NCBI GenBank assembly: GCA_045862955.1
Contig: BTVI01000061.1
Coordinates: 1 to 15,273, forward strand
DNA: 15,273 nt
DNA from: Fimbriimonadales bacterium
GTDB taxonomy: Bacteria; Armatimonadota; Fimbriimonadia; Fimbriimonadales; JABRVX01
Direction: 5' to 3'
Positions 1 to 7,843 of this stretch are shown here, piece after piece. Numbering within the stretch: the stretch's first letter is position 1; each line of letters starts with the position of its first letter. The notes below the pieces were generated by a model that was not told the origin of the DNA, did not search any database, and saw only the letters and a program-made list of their open reading frames with translations. The position numbers and the translations under genes are program-made.

Positions 1-81
1 TCGGCGAACCGGCGCGGCGACTGGGACAAGGTGCTGAACGCGGTCCTCACCTTCGGTCTGGTGAGGTTGTTCTCGCAGTGA
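1..81 (+). CDS. 3' end of an upstream gene (partial); possibly a polysaccharide export/SLBB-type protein
   Basis: Frame 1 reads SANRRGDWDKVLNAVLTFGLVRLFSQ* with TGA at 79-81 overlapping the next GTG start (GTGA, 78-81), typical of translational coupling. The product guess rests only on context and the amphipathic C-terminal tail. Confidence 0.55.
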   Translation, partial: SANRRGDWDKVLNAVLTFGLVRLFSQ

Positions 82-1322
82 AGATCTGGATCCTGACTCA
101 GACTTTGATACGCAGGCCAGGGGGGGTGGCAACTCATGCCCGACTGCTGCACCAGGGTCTGCAGTTCAATGGCTTCGAGTCCTCGCTCATCTCGCTCGAT
201 CTGGTCCCTCGCACTCTGCTGCGGCTGGCGGTGAGCGTGCCGCTTCGTCTCGTCAATATGGTACGGAGCGGCTCGGGTGTGGAATGGGCGGTGGGTATGC
301 AGTCGCGGCTGCTTAGCAGCCTGGTGCAGAAGCGTATCGCCCAGGAAGGCAAGCCGGATGTGTTTGCGTGCCAGGATACCGCGTCCGTGTTTGCAGCTCG
401 AGCCGTACAGCGCAGGTTGGCACTCGACGCCGAAGTGCTGCTGACAGTGCATTCGGCGTACGGCTATGAGAAGGTGGCGCAAGGCTGGGCGATGCCATCC
501 ACCGCAGGCGAGCGTCGGATCCTAGACATGGAGCGCAAGGCGTTGCTCGCAGCCGATCTGATCGTAGCGGTCTCCGAGCCGATGCGTGCGCACGTGTACG
601 CTCTTATCGGGGGGTCGGTACGCCGCACCGTGGTATTGCCCAACGCGGTGGATGTCGAACGCTTTTCACCCGCTGCCAGTGCACGGCAGAGAAGGCGTTG
701 TAGGCGTCACTTCCGGCTGGCGGAGGACGTACCCGTGCTGCTGATTGCCGGAAACCTCCTCGAGGTGAAGGGCGTACCCTATGCGGTCGAGGCAGCCGCT
801 ATCCTGCGCGACCGCGGCCACGACTTCCGCATGGTGATCGCCGGTGATGGACCGATGAGAGGGCAGGTGGATGCGCTGATCGCGCGGCATAGGTTAGACA
901 GTCATGTGAGGCTGTTGGGAGTTATCGGTCACGACCAGATGCCTGCACTCCTGCGGGCAGCAGACGTGTTAGTAATGCCCTCCATTCCTACCTATCGCGC
1001 GGAGGAGTCCTTCGGGCTGAGTGCGGTGGAGGCGATGGCGACCGGCATACCGGTGGTAGCATCGCGGACCGGCGGACTGGGTGATTTGGTGCGGGACGGA
1101 CAGACTGGACTGGTGGTGCCTCCTGCGAATGTCGAAGAGCTTGCAGACGCACTATCACTACTACTGATAGATTCCGAGTACCGCGAGTCGCTTGGTGCCG
1201 CGGCACGCGATTACGCGGTATCGCACCACGACCATGTGGCCCACGCGCAGCAGTATGCGTCGCTGGCCAAGAACGCCGTTACCCCGCAGACTGGGGCCGC
1301 TGTCGTAAGGTTGGCAGGTTGA
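78..1322 (+). CDS. Glycosyltransferase family 4 (GT-B fold, RfaB-like)
   Basis: N-terminal PGGVATH, LTVH, IVAVSE, VLPNAVD, GNLLEVKG, IAGDG, EX7E motif EESFGLSAVEAMATG and RDGQTGLVV, all typical of GT4. Confidence 0.93.
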   Translation: MKIWILTQTLIRRPGGVATHARLLHQGLQFNGFESSLISLDLVPRTLLRLAVSVPLRLVNMVRSGSGVEWAVGMQSRLLSSLVQKRIAQEGKPDVFACQDTASVFAARAVQRRLALDAEVLLTVHSAYGYEKVAQGWAMPSTAGERRILDMERKALLAADLIVAVSEPMRAHVYALIGGSVRRTVVLPNAVDVERFSPAASARQRRRCRRHFRLAEDVPVLLIAGNLLEVKGVPYAVEAAAILRDRGHDFRMVIAGDGPMRGQVDALIARHRLDSHVRLLGVIGHDQMPALLRAADVLVMPSIPTYRAEESFGLSAVEAMATGIPVVASRTGGLGDLVRDGQTGLVVPPANVEELADALSLLLIDSEYRESLGAAARDYAVSHHDHVAHAQQYASLAKNAVTPQTGAAVVRLAG

Positions 1323-2677
1323 GTCCCTTCCGATGGTCCGGCATCATGCGTCTGGCGGGTGCGCTGACGATTCTCGTGGCATTCGGACGTATGCTCGGCT
1401 TCATTCGCGAGATGGTCACGGCGAGGCAGTTCGGCGCCGGTCCCGAGCTCGATGCCTACCTCCTCGCCAACACGCTCCCTGGAATCGTAGTTACGGCGCT
1501 CCCGGAGGCGCTCGCTGTGGCATTCGTGCCGTTCCTCACGGCGTCGTTAGCTAGGGGAGGTTCGCTTCGTGAGGGGGCTTGGCGGCTGGGTCTGCCCCTG
1601 TTCGGTGCGTCGATCGTGGTGGCCTGCGCGATGTTCGTGTTCGCGGGGCCGATCATGGCTGCGCTGTCACAATCATCCGATCGCCCCGCCTTGCTAGGCA
1701 GTGTAGGAATGCTGCAAGTGCTGTCCCTCTCGGTACCCCTCGCAGCTCTGGTAGGCGTTGGCGCAGCGGCATGCAATGCTTCCGGGCGATTTCATCTGCC
1801 CGCTCTACATGGCGCCGTGTTCAACATAGTAGTGCTATCGTGCTTGTTTCTTCGCCCGTTCAAAGTGTCCTCGCTCGCGTACGGGGTGCTTGGCGGTCTC
1901 GCGCTTCAGGCAGCGCTGCAGCTATGGGTGGCATCGCGGCCACGCCCCGCAGAATCGCGCGGAGAGACGCGGGTGGGTGCTGCGTACCGTGCCCTCGCGC
2001 CTGTGCTCTTCTACACCGCGCTCATCCAAGTGAATACGGCAATGAACCGTACGCTGGCGAGCGGAGTGGGAGTTGGTGCTATCTCGGCGCTCAACTACGC
2101 GACGGTACTCATCAACCTACCAGCGAGTTTGTTCGCCGCCTCCTTCGCTACAGTGTTACTTCAGCGATTCTCCTTGATGAAGGCGAACGGTCAGCAGGAG
2201 GCTGCGGCGGGCGGGCTAATGCGGGCCGCGATGGGCACGGTGATGCTCACGCTACCGATAGCACTGCTAACAGCGGTGCTTGCGAGTCCCCTGGTGCACG
2301 GCGTGTTCGCACATGGACGCTTCACCGCCGAGGCCGCGACACGCTGTGCGGAGGCGCTGATGTGGTTGAGCCCGACGGTGGTCGCGGTATCACTAATTCA
2401 CTTAGCCGTGCGTTATCTGAACTCTCAGGGCCGTGCGGGTGATCTGTGGCTACTGGCACTCTGGAGCGTGGGAATCAACCTGGCGATCAAGATGCTGCTC
2501 GTCCGATTGTTCGGACTGAACGGCATTGCTGCCGGGACGAGTATTGCTACGCTAATCACGGCAGTGTGGATGTTGTGGGCAGCCGAGCCGAGGCATGTGC
2601 GGAGGCAGGTGGCATGCTTGATGCGGAGGACGAAGGCCGACGATGGGATGCGTGAGCATGCGACGGTTGTCGACTAA
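1319..2677 (+). CDS. MurJ/MviN-family (MOP superfamily) lipid-linked oligosaccharide flippase
   Basis: GRMLGFIREMVTARQFGAGPELDAY...AFVP matches the MurJ N-terminus; also GAISALNYA, VFAHGRFT, GLNGIAAGTSI and many hydrophobic segments. TTG start overlaps the GT4 stop (TTGA); alternative in-frame ATG at 1346. Confidence 0.85.
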   Translation: MSPFRWSGIMRLAGALTILVAFGRMLGFIREMVTARQFGAGPELDAYLLANTLPGIVVTALPEALAVAFVPFLTASLARGGSLREGAWRLGLPLFGASIVVACAMFVFAGPIMAALSQSSDRPALLGSVGMLQVLSLSVPLAALVGVGAAACNASGRFHLPALHGAVFNIVVLSCLFLRPFKVSSLAYGVLGGLALQAALQLWVASRPRPAESRGETRVGAAYRALAPVLFYTALIQVNTAMNRTLASGVGVGAISALNYATVLINLPASLFAASFATVLLQRFSLMKANGQQEAAAGGLMRAAMGTVMLTLPIALLTAVLASPLVHGVFAHGRFTAEAATRCAEALMWLSPTVVAVSLIHLAVRYLNSQGRAGDLWLLALWSVGINLAIKMLLVRLFGLNGIAAGTSIATLITAVWMLWAAEPRHVRRQVACLMRRTKADDGMREHATVVD

Positions 2678-2799
2678 GGCGGTCGTGCCCACGGGTAGCT
2701 CGTCCAGCGCGACCCTGCACAGCCCTCGGATTGGGGCTATGCGGTCAGCCAGTGCTGAGCGGCGGTCGCGAGCCAGGGTAGGGACAACCAGCCCGATAT

Positions 2800-2862
2800 C
2801 GTCATTCGGGCGGAAGCAGGAATTTAGGCCGCCCGAAGGCTCTCGACCAGCCAAGCATGACG
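2800..2862. repeat. Degenerate CGTC-tagged REP-like palindromic element (tentative)
   Basis: Terminal inverted hexamers CGTCAT (2800-2805) / ATGACG (2857-2862); internal inverted repeat TTCGGGCGG (2805-2813) / CCGCCCGAA (2829-2837). Only one copy in the window. Confidence 0.3.
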
Positions 2863-2877
2863 GAATGAGGCGGAGCC

Positions 2878-4305
2878 GTGAGCATTAGGGCGCTGCGTGT
2901 GACACAGTGGGACCCCGTGCACTGGGCTGCCCTGTTCTGGATCGCCGTCGCCACGACCGCGATGCCCTGCTTCGCCTTTCTGAAGCCGCTCGAGGTGCTC
3001 GCTGCGGCTGTGCTCCTAACGGCGTTGGTCGCAGCATTTCTCGCGCCTAGCCTCAGAGCCCCAGCCGCCGTTCTCGGCATCGTCTTCTACCCACGCGCTG
3101 TCGAGTACGATCCCTCGTGGTCGCTCGTGGTTAGCATGCGCGAGCCCTCTCCGGACGTTCGCATTCCGGCGCTGGTTTCGCCGCTGGACGCCGCGCTCTT
3201 GCTGCTCGCACTGGCCGTGCTCTTGCCCACGTGGTATCGGCGAGGCCGGATCGAGGGCTACGGTTCTGGGTGGGGGCTCGCCTTCCTCGGAGTACTCTTG
3301 TGCGCAGCACTGCTCGGTGGTGGCCGGTTCGGTCCACCCTATGATGCGGAGTTCCTAGCTGGCATGAACGTGCTTCGCGTCGCCTGTGTGTGGGTGGTGC
3401 TTACATCGGCCTGTGCGCAGGACCCTCGCCTGCCAGCGCTCACCTTCCTCACGTGTGGGCTAGCGGTGTGTGCGTCGGGAGCCTGGAACTACCTATCGGC
3501 GAGCGCTTCGGGATCGGCAGCCGACGCTTGGTACGCCAGAGGACAAGCGTTCAACATGAATGCGAACAGCTTTTCTGCGGCGATGGTGATGGTGGGGCTT
3601 CTCGGACTTACCTTGGCCGCCAGCGGCACGCGAAAGTGGGAACGGTGGGTAGGACTCGCAGCTTTCGCGATCGGTGCGGTGGGTGTCGCTGTAGCCTTGT
3701 CCCGCGCGGGGATACTGCTATTCGCGCTGATGGTCACTGCGTTGCTACTCACTCACCGTCGCAGATGGCTACTACCCTGGCTCGGCCTGGTCGGCATCCT
3801 CGCCGCCTATGTGATGAGCGTGCCGGAGGTCAATGGGCGCGTTGCGTTGCTGCAGAGCGGAGGAGAGGTGCTTGAAGACCATGCGCGCGCACTCATCTAC
3901 CCGCAGGCCCTGGAAATGTTCCAAGACAATTGGCTGTTAGGGGTGGGGCCATACCGTTTCTTCGACGCATCTCTTCCCTACCTACCCGTCGGCATCTTTC
4001 AGTTCGCGGCCCACGCCCACTCGTTGCCACTGCAGATACTGGTGGACACCGGTGTCTTCGGCGCCCTGTTCGCAGGCCTGTTCGCACTGTCTCTCGTACG
4101 AAAAGGCTGGCGCAGCGTGCGAGCGGAGCAGCGCCATCGGGCATGGCGCCTCGGGGCCTTTTGGGCTGCAGCGGCCGGTCTTCTGATGCAGCTCACTGAC
4201 TCGCTGTATCTGGACTATCGCTTCTGTGCGCTGTGGTTGGTGCCCATCACGATGGCTGTCACGGGCGCCTGTTCGTCTACAGAGTCAGCGACTGACCGGG
4301 CTTGA
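2878..4305 (+). CDS. O-antigen ligase / Wzy_C-domain membrane protein
   Basis: Polytopic membrane protein with NANSFS, LSRAG, RALIYPQALEMFQDNWLLGVG and HAHSLPLQILVDTGVFG (variant of the conserved H-x-H-N motif); GAGG/GGAG upstream of the GTG start. Confidence 0.88.
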   Translation: MSIRALRVTQWDPVHWAALFWIAVATTAMPCFAFLKPLEVLAAAVLLTALVAAFLAPSLRAPAAVLGIVFYPRAVEYDPSWSLVVSMREPSPDVRIPALVSPLDAALLLLALAVLLPTWYRRGRIEGYGSGWGLAFLGVLLCAALLGGGRFGPPYDAEFLAGMNVLRVACVWVVLTSACAQDPRLPALTFLTCGLAVCASGAWNYLSASASGSAADAWYARGQAFNMNANSFSAAMVMVGLLGLTLAASGTRKWERWVGLAAFAIGAVGVAVALSRAGILLFALMVTALLLTHRRRWLLPWLGLVGILAAYVMSVPEVNGRVALLQSGGEVLEDHARALIYPQALEMFQDNWLLGVGPYRFFDASLPYLPVGIFQFAAHAHSLPLQILVDTGVFGALFAGLFALSLVRKGWRSVRAEQRHRAWRLGAFWAAAAGLLMQLTDSLYLDYRFCALWLVPITMAVTGACSSTESATDRA

Positions 4306-4978
4306 GCTCCACGCACTCGATGTCTGAGCCCGCTAGGTGTTCGCGCAACTGAGCGGGGGTACCCGTTAGCAGCGGGAAGGTCCCCCAGTGGATCGGCACC
4401 ACCTTCTTTACTCCTAACAGCTTCGCAGCGTGAGCGGCTTCTCGGGCGTTCATCGTGAAGTGGTCACCGATGGGTAGAAAGGCCAGCTCCGGCGAGTGGA
4501 ACCTACCGATCAGCTCCATGTCGCCGAACAGCGCCGTGTCTCCTGCATGATAGAAGCGGCAGCCCTCGGCATCCACTACGAAGCCCATCGCCTCACCCGC
4601 GTACGCCACCGTTCCGTCCGGCATCGTGAGCGTGGAGCTGTGGAACGCATGAGTGCCGGTGACGCGGATGCCACTGATGTCCACACCGCCGCCTTTGTTG
4701 ATACCTACCATGTTCTCGACGCCCATCTTGCCCAGCAGTGTTGTTAGGTCGAAGATCGCCACCACGACCGGACGGAACTTCTTGGAAATCGTCAGCACGT
4801 CGCCGGTGTGGTCACCGTGAGCGTGTGTCAACAGCAGAAGGTCGCACGCCGCGATGTCGTCCACGGTCTGCGTCGCCACGGGATTACCGCTCAGCCAAGG
4901 GTCTATCAGGATCGTCTTGCCCGAGGCTGTTCGCACGGAGACACCGGCGTGTCCGAGGAAGGTGAACTGGGTCGCCAT
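4277..4978 (-). CDS. Metal-dependent hydrolase, metallo-beta-lactamase fold (UPF0173-like)
   Basis: FLGHA, ILIDPWL, THAHGDH (HxHxDH), HSS, YHAGDT, LPIGDHFTM and PIHWGTFP; SD GAGGAG at 4985-4990 on the - strand. Confidence 0.92.
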   Translation of the reverse strand: MATQFTFLGHAGVSVRTASGKTILIDPWLSGNPVATQTVDDIAACDLLLLTHAHGDHTGDVLTISKKFRPVVVAIFDLTTLLGKMGVENMVGINKGGGVDISGIRVTGTHAFHSSTLTMPDGTVAYAGEAMGFVVDAEGCRFYHAGDTALFGDMELIGRFHSPELAFLPIGDHFTMNAREAAHAAKLLGVKKVVPIHWGTFPLLTGTPAQLREHLAGSDIECVELKPGQSLTL

Positions 4979-5044
4979 GGTCTTCTCCTCTCCGTCTCTC
5001 GACCAGGGATGGTCGTGCCTAGGAGTCTACCGGAGAACGAGAGG

Positions 5045-5797
5045 TCAGGCGGCTTCGGTGGGTTCGGTATCGGGCGATTCCTTCGGCACTTCGACGGCGG
5101 CTAGAACCTCTGGGCGTTTGGGCTTTGCGAAGTACATGTCGCTGTCCGCCCGCTCATACAAACCCTCGAATCCATCCATCGTGCAGGAAAGGCCCACGGT
5201 TACCTGGAACTGCGGGGCGCCCGGTCGCCGGGCGAGCATCTCCAGTTCGCTCTTGAACCGCTCCATGGCTGCCCTGCCCGTGTCGCTGCTGGTGTTGGGC
5301 AGGATGGCGGCAAACTCGTCGCCGCCGATGCGGGCTACCACGTCGGTGCCTCTCAGCGTATCGCTTAGGCACTTTGCGACAGTTCGCAAGGCTTTGTCGC
5401 CCACCGCGTGACCCATCGAGTCGTTGATGCGCTTCAGGCCGTCGACATCCACCAGCGCGAGGCAGAGATGCGAGTGGCTGCGCTTCGCATGGCGCACGAG
5501 CCGACGGTAGGCCCTCTCGAACCCGCGGCGGTTGAGCACCCCGGTCAGTGGGTCGGTGTAGGCGAGCTCCTCGAGCCTGGCCTTTGCCTGTGCAAGCCGG
5601 TGCACGGAGGCCTGTAGCTTGCGCCTATCGTGTGCCTCGCTGAGGCGCAGGAAGAGCGCGACCGCTATACCGGTGAGCGCACACAGCGCTGCCGTTTGCG
5701 CCTCGACGGGAACGTGGGGCAGAATCGAAGCGACCCGGCCGTGCAGGAGCCCGGCCAGGAGTGCCACCAAGGTCAGGAACAGCGCGAGCCGAATCAT
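5045..5797 (-). CDS. Membrane-anchored GGDEF diguanylate cyclase
   Basis: Two N-terminal hydrophobic segments, a coiled linker, then TDPLTGVLNRR, DVDGLKRINDSMGHAVGD, RGTD (RxxD I-site) and an intact GGDEF. Start moved from 6094 to ATG 5797 (MIRLALFL) because the longer ORF overlaps the divergent gene at 5892. Confidence 0.9.
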   Translation of the reverse strand: MIRLALFLTLVALLAGLLHGRVASILPHVPVEAQTAALCALTGIAVALFLRLSEAHDRRKLQASVHRLAQAKARLEELAYTDPLTGVLNRRGFERAYRRLVRHAKRSHSHLCLALVDVDGLKRINDSMGHAVGDKALRTVAKCLSDTLRGTDVVARIGGDEFAAILPNTSSDTGRAAMERFKSELEMLARRPGAPQFQVTVGLSCTMDGFEGLYERADSDMYFAKPKRPEVLAAVEVPKESPDTEPTEAA

Positions 5798-5825
5798 AGA
5801 GAGTTGCGTTCTACTCCACCATTGA

Positions 5826-5853
5826 GTATCGGCAAAACTGAAGTCGCATCTCA
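5826..5853 (-). promoter_or_regulatory. Candidate sigma28 (FliA-type) promoter for the diguanylate cyclase
   Basis: GCCGATAC at 5833-5826 (7/8 match to GCCGATAA), 28 nt upstream of ATG 5797; the -35 region (TGAGA) matches TAAA poorly. Confidence 0.35.
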
Positions 5854-5891
5854 GTGTTTCTGTACTGTCGGGGCACAAGGAGGTCCGTGCG

Positions 5892-6488
5892 ATGTCCAAC
5901 GGAGCAAGAGCAGGATGCTTTGGGGGAGGCTGCGGGCGTTGCGCTACTTGTGCATGCCTGACTTTGCTGCTCGCTGCGGTCGTGTTCCTCGGTATATTCA
6001 TCGCAACGGGCTTCACACCAGGTGACATCTGGGTATCGGTGTTCAAGCCGAAGCGGCCCTTCACGACTACGGGCTGCATGGAGAACCTGCGCAAACTGAG
6101 CCGCGCGATGACCCTCTACCTAGAGAGCGCAGACGCATTCCCGCCCAAGGATGTGTGGATGGACGAGCTGTTTCGCTACGCCAAGCCGGACGACATGCTG
6201 GCGGAAGAGGCATGGAAGCTGTTTCAGTGCCCGCAGCTAGGACTCGGCGAGGGCGTGTACGGCTATGCGATGAACGCGGCTCTCGCCGAGCAACTCAGGC
6301 CGTTGGAGCAAAATGCCGACGAGTGGGCGACTGCCGGCAAGACCCCAATGCTCTTCGACTCGACCGACACGTCCAAGAACGCACACGGCGACCCGAAGAA
6401 GCTACTGCCCAGACCCGGCCGCCACGAAGGCAAGAACCATATCGTGTATGCGGACGGCCATGCGGCATCTCTAGAGCCCGAACCGTGA
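5892..6488 (+). CDS. DUF1559-like / H-X9-DG C-terminal motif protein with N-terminal membrane anchor
   Basis: Strong SD AAGGAGG (5877-5883); TM segment, then CMENLRKLSRAMTLY...FP, LFQCP, YGYAMN and RHEGKNHIVYADGHA (H-X9-DG at 6423-6458). Confidence 0.8.
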   Translation: MSNGARAGCFGGGCGRCATCACLTLLLAAVVFLGIFIATGFTPGDIWVSVFKPKRPFTTTGCMENLRKLSRAMTLYLESADAFPPKDVWMDELFRYAKPDDMLAEEAWKLFQCPQLGLGEGVYGYAMNAALAEQLRPLEQNADEWATAGKTPMLFDSTDTSKNAHGDPKKLLPRPGRHEGKNHIVYADGHAASLEPEP

Positions 6489-7843
6489 AGCTGGTCCAAG
6501 AGCTGACACGTATCATCGGGCGAGAGGGCGTGATTCACGCAAAGGCCGAGGTCGGGACCTACGAGTGCGACGCCTACACGTTGGCCAAGGGCACAGCGGC
6601 AGCCGTCGTTTTGCCGAGCAGCACCGACCAGGTAGCAGAAGTTTGCCGCTTCGCTCACCTCCACTCCGTGCCGATCGTGCCTCGGGGCGCCGGCACGGGC
6701 CTGGCGGGCGGGGCGGCACCCGTTCGCGGCGGAATCGTGCTGTCGCTGGCACGGATGACGCGTATCCTGAAAGTGGACGTAGAGAACCGGTGCGTGACGG
6801 CAGAGGCGGGCGTCACGAACCTGGCCATCAACCGAGCGGTGGAGCCGCACGGCCTCTTCTTCGGGCCGGACCCCTCGTCGCAGGCGGTAGCAACGCTGGG
6901 AGGCAACATCGCGGCCAACGCGGGCGGTCCGCACACCTTGCGTTACGGGACCACGGCGCACCACATCTCGGGGCTGACCGTGGTGCTCGCGGACGGAGAG
7001 GTCGTGAGATTAACGGAGCGCGAAGCCGGAGACCTGATAGGCCTCTTCGCAGGCAGCGAGGGCACGCTCGCCGTGGTCACGGAGGCGTCCGTGCGAGTGC
7101 TCCCGAAATCTCCGATAGCTGCCACGCTGTGGGCCGTGTTGCCGGATCTGGACACCGCTTGTAGCGCGGTGTGCCGCCTGATGCTGCAGGCACTACCTCC
7201 CAGCGCTTTGGAGATGCTCGATCGGCCGGTTCTGGATGCAGCGAAGTCCGCGTTCGGCTTCGAGGGCGGGGAGGATGCGCAAGTGGCATTGCTGGTGGAG
7301 TTCGAGGGAGCGGAGGCCTCGGTCCGGGATGCGGTGCAGGCTGCCGAGGGGATGCTACGCAGCGCGGGTGCAAGCAGTATTCGGCGTGCCGGGAGTGCTG
7401 AGGAACGCGCCTATCTGTGGCAGGTTCGCAAGAAGGCAGTGGCGGCGTTCGGTCATCTCGCTCCGAGTCACGCCTCGCATGACGGCGCCGTGCCTCGTTC
7501 CAAGTTGGCGACGATGCTCCGAAGGGCGAATGCGATTGCCGAACGCCACGGGCTTCGTCACGCTAACGTGTTCCACGCGGGCGATGGCAATCTTCATCCG
7601 ATCCTCCTGTTCGACGAGTCCGATGCCCACCAGGTAGAAGCGGTCGCTCGGGCCGGCCGGGAGGTCCTTGCGGAGTGTATTCGCGTCGGTGGGAGTATTT
7701 CGGGAGAACATGGGATCGGCGTGGAGAAGCGACGAATGATGCGAGAAATGTACTCCGATGCAACACTGAGCGTAATGCGCCGACTGAAAGAGGCGTTCGA
7801 TCCCTCGGGCATTCTCAATCCGGGCAAGGTCCTGCCCGACTAA
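6485..7843 (+). CDS. FAD-linked oxidoreductase, GlcD/D-2-hydroxyacid dehydrogenase family
   Basis: YECDA, PRGAGTGLAGG, PDPSSQ, GGNIAANAGG, GSEGTL, HAGDGNLH, GEHGIG and LNPGK. True start most likely GTG 6485 (GTGA overlap with the upstream stop), not 6155. Confidence 0.9.
   Translation: MKLVQELTRIIGREGVIHAKAEVGTYECDAYTLAKGTAAAVVLPSSTDQVAEVCRFAHLHSVPIVPRGAGTGLAGGAAPVRGGIVLSLARMTRILKVDVENRCVTAEAGVTNLAINRAVEPHGLFFGPDPSSQAVATLGGNIAANAGGPHTLRYGTTAHHISGLTVVLADGEVVRLTEREAGDLIGLFAGSEGTLAVVTEASVRVLPKSPIAATLWAVLPDLDTACSAVCRLMLQALPPSALEMLDRPVLDAAKSAFGFEGGEDAQVALLVEFEGAEASVRDAVQAAEGMLRSAGASSIRRAGSAEERAYLWQVRKKAVAAFGHLAPSHASHDGAVPRSKLATMLRRANAIAERHGLRHANVFHAGDGNLHPILLFDESDAHQVEAVARAGREVLAECIRVGGSISGEHGIGVEKRRMMREMYSDATLSVMRRLKEAFDPSGILNPGKVLPD

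Noticed and set aside
1579..2442. 287-aa alternate-frame ORF inside the flippase, and other short nested ORFs across the window
   Set aside because: Arg/Gly-rich off-frame reads typical of high-GC DNA, fully nested in well-supported genes.
2643..2888. 81-aa ORF spanning the flippase-ligase gap
   Set aside because: Ser/Arg-rich with no motif, overlaps both neighbours and has no convincing SD; cannot be supported, though not strictly excluded.
5826..5860. GGCAAA plus hairpin as a c-di-GMP-I riboswitch
   Set aside because: Lacks the GNRA-capped P2, the GCAAAGC segment and P3, and the space is too short.
5798..6094. N-terminal extension of the GGDEF ORF to 6094
   Set aside because: It overlaps the divergent H-X9-DG gene, which has a strong SD, and the extension does not look protein-like; ATG 5797 starts the hydrophobic segment.
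6155..6484. N-terminal extension of the GlcD-like ORF
   Set aside because: Arg-rich alternate-frame read of the upstream gene; family similarity begins at GTG 6485.
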